Origin: an uncultured Eubacteriales bacterium
GTDB lineage: Bacteria > Bacillota > Clostridia > TANB77 > RGIG9151
Direction: 5' to 3'
Length of the DNA stretch: 5,999 nucleotides
Assembly: GCA_964640345.1 (NCBI GenBank)
Contig: CAZXFU010000025.1
Span: 5,022-11,020 of the forward strand
Shown: positions 1 through 5,999 of the stretch, piece by piece
Position numbering within the stretch: position 1 is the first letter of the stretch
Layout of the letters: the number at the start of each line of letters is the position of its first letter
Notes under the pieces: generated by a model
Told to the model about the DNA's origin: nothing
Database searches by the model: none
What the model saw: the letters and a program-made list of their open reading frames with translations, nothing else
Translations under genes and position numbers: made by a program

Positions 1-44
1 TAAACAGTTCCATTTCCTGAAGTTTCAACAATAACCTGATATTC
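1..44 (-). other. Start of a further InlB B-repeat-like copy, truncated by the window edge
   Basis: The translation EYQVIVETSGNGTV parallels the openings of the two preceding copies (EYEVSVVNVPEDGGDV and DYAVAVTVVD...GSV). Confidence 0.4.
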
Positions 45-3000
45 ATTCTTTACATAGTTAGCCTTTAACGTAACTTGATTTGCAGGCATATTGAAACTTA
101 TAGTTGCACTTGCTTTTTGTGCGTCGGTTAACGTTATACCATTTATCTCTGACCAACCTGTAAACAAATATCCTGTGCTTGGTGTTGCAACCAACTCAAC
201 TAAAGCATTATAATCATAAAATCCTGTGCCTGTAACATCTCCGCCGTCTTCAGGAACATTTACAACACTAACTTCATATTCTCCCTTTTCAAAAGTTGCA
301 ATTAGGCTAACGTTATTTAACGGCATATCAAATCTCAAAACCGAACTTGTAAGATCCTCAGATGCTAAAACTACTGAATTATCTACAACTGTCCAAGATA
401 CGAAATGATATCCGGTAGCAGGTGTTGCAACTAACGTTATAGAATCGCCATAATGATATGTCGTACCTGTACCATTTACACTTCCAACATCCGTCGGATT
501 TGTGTTAGTATCATCTTTATCAACAACTGTAACTGCTACAGCATAATCAATTGCGTTATAAACAGCTCTTAATGAAATATCCGCATCAACCGTATAAGTA
601 GCTCCCGGATTATATGTAACAAGCTCATGATCCGGATTGTAGCCTTCCCAATGATCAAAGACATACCCTGTTTTTGTAGGAATATCCGTAGCCAAATTAA
701 TATCTACGTTTCTTTCCTTAATCTGAAATGCAGGAGCGTTTTCCCCGCCACTTGCATCATAAGAAATAATATATTTTGTAATCTGGCTCGGATCAGGAGT
801 CAACCAAATAAGTGAATTACCTGTCGTCTCAACCTGTTTATTCGGGTGATCGTATATATCTTTTGCAATCGGATTGGTAACATTCGGATTAAGTAAAGAT
901 GCACCTCTTATTCCGAAAACAAATTGACCTGTACCTCTTGCATTAACAAACGTGACAACCTTCTTGTTAACAGTTCCCTCAACATCACTTACAAGAATCT
1001 CGTCTGCATCTAAACCATCATATATTGTTATATCATCTCTTATATTGTCATTATCAAAGTTAATACCATAGGCAGTATCAAAATTATCTGCCGGCAATAT
1101 TCCATCCGGACCCTTTGTAACATCCGAAAAAGTAAGTGTATATTCAAGCTTTGTAAGTTTATTCTTATCAATTGAACTTACAAGTGTCCATTCCTCTGTC
1201 TCATCTGTTCTTTGATAAATATTAGGAATAGAAATATCAACATTAACATAGCTTCCATCATAAGGAACATTAAAATCATAATCTTCTTCTGTCATTGTAG
1301 TACCCATATTTGAGCCATATTTATATCTGCCAATTTCAAATATAAACTTAGTATACGCATTGGAACTCGTCATATCAAACTCAGCAATCCATTTTTTTGC
1401 ATTGTTCGGCTCCATTTGAGCTGTAATCTTCTTACCTTCAGGTACAGATATCTTAGGGCCGATTGTAAGTTCTTGGTCAAATTCCATCTCGAATTTTACT
1501 GTATCTTTATCTATTATATATTTTCTTGCATCCGGTAAATCTTTAACATTAACATACTCTTTTACACCTGTATTTTCCAAATCAACCAATACAAAAATAT
1601 CTAATTTTTCAACCTTCGGAATAGTATCGTTAATACTACCCTCTGTTAAGCCTTTAGAAACATTTATTAGTGTTTCGTTTTCATTTCCTGCACCATCAAT
1701 AATAGTAACCGTATATTCTCCGGATTCATTAACATCTACACTACCGCCGGAACTTCCATACTCTCCAATAACATTTCCGTCTTTATCTTTTATAATAACC
1801 TTTTCAATATTAGACTCATCTTCCGCTTTTTCATCAGGAGTTACGATTATTGTTGCTTTTCCGTCTCCACTTTTAACATCAACATTGCCCCCATTTGCTG
1901 TAGTATCCATCTTTACAATAGAACCATCAGTAGTATTTTCATACGTTGTTCCGTTACAAGTAAACGAAAAACCAAGTTCTCCCTTGTCTCCACTCTTAAC
2001 ATCATATGTAAATGTCCAATTTGTAAAACCGTTTTTAAACTCTGTATATTCCATTTCCTTAAAAGTGTCGCCCGAGCCTTGATTAAACTTAAAGTCTTCA
2101 ACATTAATAGCACCGTTGGCCTTTATTGTAACTTGAACTTTATCTCCTTCTTTTGCCCAAATTCGCGTATTGTCCTTTATAGCTATTGAAATAGGATTTA
2201 AGGCAAGTTCCTGACTCTCTTGTTCTACAATCGGTAAAATCGTAGGTCTAAATCCGTAATATCCCCACTCGCCGTCACCACTCATTATAGAAGTAGCTAA
2301 AATACCGGCACCATACATCTGTCCGTCGACATCTCCACCTCTAAAAAAGGCTTCCTCTATTGCATTCTCTACTAAACAGTCCGACCAAGAGTAAACTGAA
2401 CCATTTTGCTCCCATTCACTTTCCTTGTCTCCCAAAATATCAAAAATTGCCCAACCATTTTTTGATATTAAATTAGAATATATCGAAGAGCCATTTGTAA
2501 TATCTATAATATCAACATCATTCGGCTCATCAAAAACCGTATCATCAAAACTAAGTGTCTCGTTACTCTTTACATATGAAGAAACATATTCCATCGTTCC
2601 GCCTGACATGTCAAATATGCCATAAACATTATATGTAGTACTCGCCTTCTCTCCACCATCTTCATATATATATTTCGGTAAAGAAGACGAGCCACTATTA
2701 TCACCCGTATAAATAGTTGATCTCTCTGTATTTCCGCTATAACCTGTTCTTAACTCTGAATTACCCTTTGCGTAGTTGTTCATATACGGAACATTTCCAT
2801 AATCACTATACGCAAGCATAGCTACTGCACCCCATTCAGCCTGTTTAGTTAAATGCGTAACAGCACCTGTAAAATCTATACCATACTTACTTGCTTGCTC
2901 CTTCATACTTGTACTAAGCTCATACGCATTACTTAACGTAACAGCACCATACGCATTACCATTTGAATCAGTTTTTTCATAATATGGAACCATTCCGGGC

Positions 3001-5999
3001 TTAGAAGCAACATCTACCTCTCCACCTTCACTAGCCTCATATTTTGCCATCCAAAATCCTTTTAACTCATTATCTCCGTATTTAAATGCAGGATGAGGAG
3101 TATATCCGCTCTCATCTGTTGTTCCCGTACTCCATTTAATATCAACTTTCTCACTATTGTCATTAACTTTATATGAATACCTTGGAATCCAAACAAATGA
3201 ACTTCCCTCACTCAAAACTCTCTTTCCGGCTAAAACCATATGTCCTTCGTCATTTCCCTTGTATTTAGAAACGTCATCAATTTCTCTTATTACAAGTTCA
3301 TCTCTTAACATCACATTAGCCCACTTATTTCTCTTAGCATAGTCAAGTTCAGTTTCATCTGTAACATAGTCATACCACTCAGTATCCCAAGGAACTGTCG
3401 TTATCCAAAAGCTTTCTTGAGAGCCCTCATACCACTTTACAGGCACCATGCCCTCAAAAAGAATAGGTTCATTTGGTTCGTCGTCTCTCTCCTGAGTTGT
3501 ATCATCTTTACTATAACTTACCATAATCGGAAAATATGCAGAACATCCGCCATACGAAACCTCAACTTCTTTTATTCCAACATCTCCAACATCTACATAA
3601 TCTGTTCCTGTTCCATCAACAGAAAGTTGACCTTCCGCCATATCAATTTTTTCAGAACCAATATCATAAATCAAAGTAATATAACCATCAGTAGTATCAA
3701 GTTTTTCCTTTGAATCTGCTTTATAATTATATAAAGTCTTTGGTGGAACTGTATGAATTTCTATCTTCATAAGTTCAACTTCTCCTTTATACGGATTATC
3801 CGAATGAACTGTAACTATCGTTCCACTTGCAGTCTTACCTCTAATAAACAAATAATTGTCAGGACCCAAAATACTGTCTAGGGTTGCAATACCACTTTCA
3901 GGAAGCTCTGTCCATTTCTTTTGACCTTCAAAAGTCAAATTTTGAACAATTACAGGCTCGCTCGAAACAGCCTCAAGACTATCATCAATCGTATAGCTAA
4001 ATTTTATTTCAAACCTTCCGTCATTCGCCGTGTACTTACGTGAAAATGTCGACCACTTTGAAGAAATACCCGAAGCCTCCAAAATAGCCGCTTCTCCGTT
4101 TATTGTAGCATTAAAAGGATGTCCTATTCTGCTGTTAGTTCTCCAATCAAATGAGATTATACCTTCTGTGTCTCCTGTTCCTTCAATTACAATAGTAGCT
4201 TCTGAAGTTAATGTGCCACCTTCACTTGTAAGCTTTAACTTAGGGGCTTTATATGTATTATCACTTACAGTCCATCCTAAAGCACTATCTGTTGTATATG
4301 TAAAAGTATCATCATCAGAAAAAGTCGCTTTGTAAATCTCATTTCCAACATCATTCGGATCTGACGACCAAGCATATTGTAAATCTGTCAAATCAATCTC
4401 AGACATATTAGGAATTTCAACACTTATACTCTTTGAAGGCTCTTCAGAGTCCGGGAAAACAGGTCCAACATACGGTTCATCCTCAGTTACCTTTATCGTG
4501 TAAGAAAATGAAAGTTGAGGATAATCATTATGAGTTAAAGAAACCTTCTTAGTATCACTGCTCATATTTTCAACTTCAAAACTGATTTTGTTATCTGTCA
4601 TATCTATAATAAAGCAAGAATAAATCTTTTTCTTACAACCATTATCAACATCACACTCTGAACTTTCGGAACATTCACAGCCATCTTGACATATGCAAAC
4701 TTGTGAATGTTTTTGGCTGTCATTACATACATTAAATGCACGTCCGACAGCTAACTTTCCACCGGCAAGTAATTCATTCTTTACAATATCCCCATTTTCC
4801 GGAAAAATCTCTGCAATTTCCGATTCTGAAAAAGTAAGCTTTGGAGCAGTAACTTGCTCCATATATAACTTGTCTCCCTCATTTATTATAATTGTAGTTA
4901 TTTCACTTGAGTCTTTACCAATACTCGAATCGTTACCTGCTAAGTCAACTGACTTAAATTTGTATGTTCCTGTTTTCTTAAATATATAATCAAAATTAGT
5001 CGATTGATATCCTTCAAAATTACTAGGTGTAATATCTGTCCAGCTTGCGGTACTACTTGTCCAACTGGAATCGTTACATTCTGACACATATACTTTTTCA
5101 ATCTCAAAATTATCCGTTAATCTTATATTTCCTTGAGCACTTTCACTACCTAATCCACCATATATAATATTCGGAATATTAGGTTGTGCAGGAGCTGTAT
5201 TATCCAAAGTGACTCCGCTTGCAAAGCCTTCTTCCCCAGCACTCGACTTTAGCAATGTAGTTGTTCCGTTATAAGTATCATATATATAATAGTAGAAATT
5301 TTCTATATCTTCTGTAACATCTATAATCTTCTCTACAACCCAAGGAGAACCGCCCTCTGCAGGAATAGCGGTCACAGAAGTAGCATCTTCACTAAAAAAT
5401 TTTACTGAAGGAGCTTTAGTTGACGTTGAAGTAGTAAAAGTAACCTTTAACTTATCTCCAATACGTGCATACCCCGTATTCATAAGTCTATACTCTCCGT
5501 CAAAAAGTCTATAAACTTCTATATCAGATGACAAAACTTCAGGATTATAATTCTGAAGAGTTCCTAACAGTCCTGTAGAAGTACTGTCACTTTCAACATT
5601 GCTTATTGTTGATAAACCTCCTAGACTATAAGCCTGAAAAGTTCTTACCATCCCTGTAGAAGTAACTTCTTCAACATCACTTACTATTGTATCTTCTTTA
5701 TTTATTTCGCTCATCTCACTACTTACTGTTGTATCTTCTTCTTTATTTATTTCGCTCGTCTCGTTACTTACTGTTGTGTCTTCTTCTTTATTTATTTCGC
5801 TCGTCTCACTACTTACTGTTGTATCTTCTTCCTTATTTATCTCGCTCGTCTCACTACTTACTGTTGTATCTTCTTCTTTATTTATTTCGCTCGTCTCACT
5901 ACTTACTGTTGTATCTTCTTCCTTATTTATCTCGTTCGTCTCACTACTTACTGTTGTGTCTTCTTCTTTATTTATTTCGCTCGTCTCGTTACTTACTGT
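1..5999 (-). CDS. Internal fragment (5' and 3' ends both outside the window) of a giant multidomain surface/adhesin-like protein, more than 1,999 aa
   Basis: I hand-translated the reverse complement in the frame whose codons are the + strand triplets starting at 3, 6, ..., 5997. None of the 1,999 triplets is tta, cta or tca, so the minus strand has no TAA, TAG or TGA. The translation starts at 5999 with TVSNETSEINKEEDT... and ends at 3 with ...NEYQVIVETSGNGTV. Recognisable domain motifs occur along the whole length. The + strand is visibly G-poor, which fits a purine-rich coding strand on the minus side. All track ORFs are at most 101 aa and are antisense or out of frame. Confidence 0.9.
45..284 (-). 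other. Divergent InlB B-repeat-like domain, copy 2
   Basis: The translation is GEYEVSVVNVPEDGGDVTGTGFYDYNALVELVATPSTGYLFTGWSEINGITLTDAQKASATISFNMPANQVTLKANYVKN. ATPSTGYLFTGW lies at 153-188, exactly 240 nt from the equivalent motif of copy 1. Confidence 0.6.
285..548 (-). other. Divergent InlB B-repeat-like domain, copy 1
   Basis: The translation is DYAVAVTVVDKDDTNTNPTDVGSVNGTGTTYHYGDSITLVATPATGYHFVSWTVVDNSVVLASEDLTSSVLRFDMPLNNVSLIATFEK. It fits the pattern G.V.G.G.Y..G..h.L.AtP..GY.F..W ... h.M....V.h.A.F. ATPATGYHFVSW lies at 393-428. Confidence 0.6.
549..776 (-). other. Listeria-Bacteroides repeat (Flg_new / InlB B-repeat type) domain
   Basis: The translation is KYIISYDASGGENAPAFQIKERNVDINLATDIPTKTGYVFDHWEGYNPDHELVTYNPGATYTVDADISLRAVYNAI. 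It fits the family pattern Y.h.F/Y....GG ... P.(R/K).GY.F..W ... h.LyA.W/Y. PTKTGYVFDHW lies at 648-680. Confidence 0.65.
1653..1892 (-). other. Putative Ig-like beta-sandwich module ending in a D-x-AGN motif
   Basis: The translation is GNVDVKSGDGKATIIVTPDEKAEDESNIEKVIIKDKDGNVIGEYGSSGGSVDVNESGEYTVTIIDGAGNENETLINVSK. The end motif GEYTVTIIDGAGNE lies at 1680-1721. Confidence 0.45.
1896..2192 (-). other. Putative Ig-like beta-sandwich module
   Basis: The translation is PISIAIKDNTRIWAKEGDKVQVTIKANGAINVEDFKFNQG...NWTFTYDVKSGDKGELGFSFT...DGSIVKMDTTA. The GDKVQVTIKA strand lies at 2118-2147. The layout matches the module at 5190-5522. Confidence 0.4.
2241..3449 (-). other. FGE-sulfatase / SUMF1-EgtB-PvdO-like (C-type-lectin fold) domain with an aromatic-rich N-terminal extension and a long insertion; probably a binding module rather than an enzyme
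   Basis: Six motifs occur in the canonical order of the FGE-sulfatase fold. SSFVWIPRYSYK (about 3168-3203) resembles mvxIPgGxFxMG. PHPAF...GFWMAKYEAS (3030-3059) resembles FyIgKYEVT. HLTKQAEWGAVA (2820-2855) resembles RLPTEAEWEyAA. YGIFDMSGGTMEYV (2583-2624) resembles GLyDMxGNVwEWv. FFRGGD (2331-2348) resembles vlRGGSW. YYGFRP (2244-2261) resembles iGFR. Confidence 0.7.
3519..3770 (-). other. Bacterial Ig-like module, Big_3-type as I recall the family
   Basis: The translation is MKIEIHTVPPKTLYNYKADSKEKLDTTDGYITLIYDIGSEKIDMAEGQLSVDGTGTDYVDVGDVGIKEVEVSYGGCSAYFPIMV. It fits the pattern P-x-K-T-x-Y ... LD..G..h.h.Y.DGs.k ... G...V.V.Y.G....F.h.V. Assigning the exact family needs an HMM search. 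Confidence 0.55.
4614..4727 (-). other. Cysteine-rich segment: 8 Cys in 38 residues, C-x9-C-x-C-x3-C-x-C-x5-C-x5-C-x6-C
   Basis: The translation is NV-C-NDSQKHSQV-C-I-C-QDG-C-E-C-SESSE-C-DVDNG-C-KKKIYS-C-FII. The first Cys codon is + aca at 4725-4727 and the last is + gca at 4614-4616. The remaining ~1,960 residues in the window contain only 4 Cys. The segment's presence is certain, but its function is unknown. Confidence 0.85.
4881..5189 (-). other. Putative Ig-like beta-sandwich module ending in a D-x-AGN motif
   Basis: The translation is ...WTDITPSNFEGYQSTNFDYIFKKTGTYKFKSVDLAGNDSS... The segment GTYKFKSVDLAGND (4929-4970) matches the common G-x-Y-x-h-x-h-x-D-x-AGN end strand of bacterial Ig-like adhesin repeats. 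Confidence 0.4.
5190..5522 (-). other. Putative Ig-like beta-sandwich module (protein domain)
   Basis: The translation is IEVYRLFDGEYRLMNTGYARIGDKLKVTFTTSTSTKAPSVKFF...GVTLDNTAP. The GDxhxVTFT strand (5433-5459) and the closing DNTAP are typical of Ig-like modules in large bacterial surface proteins. This is a motif-level call only. Confidence 0.4.
5679..5999 (-). repeat. In-frame 45-bp tandem repeat encoding the acidic 15-aa unit TVS(S/N)ET(S/N)EINKEEDT; 7 units plus 9 nt of an eighth, continuing beyond the window
   Basis: On the + strand, units start with acttactgt at 5679, 5721, 5766, 5811, 5856, 5901, 5946 and 5991. The innermost unit (5679-5720) is 42 bp, having lost one GAA codon, and is more diverged. 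The six full 45-bp units differ from the majority consensus acttactgttgtatcttcttctttatttatttcgctcgtctcact at 0-3 positions each. Confidence 0.95.

Noticed and set aside
1392-1398. A T7 run (A7 on the coding strand, GCA AAA AAA TGG) as a possible slipped-strand phase-variation site
   Set aside because: Seven bases is short for a contingency locus and is expected by chance in AT-rich coding DNA. Other runs in the window are no longer than this. Without population data it is not evidence of switching.
1913-2113. The minus-strand 66-aa ORF in the track
   Set aside because: Its start at 2113 lies in a different minus-strand frame from the giant ORF, so it is an embedded out-of-frame ORF. Nothing in the sequence supports it as an overlapping gene.
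2241-2348. Whether the C-terminal strand region of the FGE/CLec-fold domain (RGGDVDGQMYGAGILATSIMSGDGEWGYYGFRPT) is the variable region of a diversity-generating retroelement, as in TvpA-type DGR targets
   Set aside because: The window gives no support for this. I could find no second (template) copy of the segment anywhere in the 6 kb. No reverse transcriptase gene is present. The segment also lies about 740 codons from the end of the window rather than at the protein C-terminus, where DGR variable regions usually sit. The idea is worth only a quick scan of the flanking contig for an RT and a template repeat.
2241-3449. Calling the domain an actual formylglycine-generating enzyme or sulfatase maturase
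   Set aside because: The context is an Ig-repeat surface protein. The domain has only one Cys where FGEs need an active-site Cys pair, and it carries a large insertion. The fold assignment is reasonable, but an enzymatic annotation is not supported.
226-4989. The eight + strand ORFs in the supplied track (60-101 aa; for example 3417..3713, 4030..4335 and 4693..4989)
   Set aside because: All of them are antisense to the stop-free 1,999-codon minus-strand frame. They translate to low-complexity Ser/Phe/Ile/Leu-rich strings with no recognisable motifs. Their length is what chance would produce opposite a long purine-rich coding strand.
5572-5664. A 12-nt direct repeat cctgtagaagta at 5572-5583 and 5653-5664, 81 nt apart and in frame, encoding TSTG in both VTSTGMV and STSTGLL
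   Set aside because: There are only two short copies and the intervening sequence is unrelated. At most this is a vestige of an old 27-aa duplication, and it is too weak to call as a repeat feature.
5679-5999. Whether the regular 45-bp repeats could be a CRISPR array
   Set aside because: The units abut head to tail with no unique spacers. They are in frame within a continuous ORF and encode a coherent peptide repeat. This is a coding minisatellite, not a CRISPR array.
1-5999. A search for promoters, RBS sites, terminators, tRNA/rRNA genes, IS ends, signal peptide, LPXTG or other anchor motifs
   Set aside because: The window contains no intergenic sequence and neither terminus of the gene. 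Any -10/-35-like or hairpin-like strings inside the ORF would be indistinguishable from chance in AT-rich DNA.

Overview
The entire 5,999-nt window lies inside one uninterrupted reading frame on the minus strand. Codons read from 5999 down to 3, giving 1,999 sense codons with no in-frame stop and no start or stop boundary in view. The supplied ORF track appears to list only complete Met-to-stop ORFs, so it misses this frame. I translated it by hand. It encodes an internal piece of a giant multidomain protein that looks like a cell-surface adhesin or possibly a phage fibre. Sequence is low-GC with Bacillota-like codon usage. In N-to-C order (right to left in the window) I see: (1) near-perfect in-frame 45-bp tandem repeats (15 aa, TVSSETSEINKEEDT) running off the right edge; (2) Ig-like beta-sandwich modules, two ending in a D-x-AGN motif and one carrying an 8-Cys cluster; (3) a Big_3-type Ig module; (4) a ~400-aa FGE-sulfatase/SUMF1-like (C-type-lectin fold) domain with several signature motifs; (5) more beta-rich modules; (6) a tandem array of Listeria-Bacteroides / InlB B-repeat (Flg_new-type) domains running off the left edge. 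I cannot support any intergenic DNA, RNA gene, CRISPR array, IS element, promoter or terminator. I see no multi-gene system in this window. The points worth a second look are features of this one giant gene. All domain calls rest on motif recognition from memory, not on database searches.
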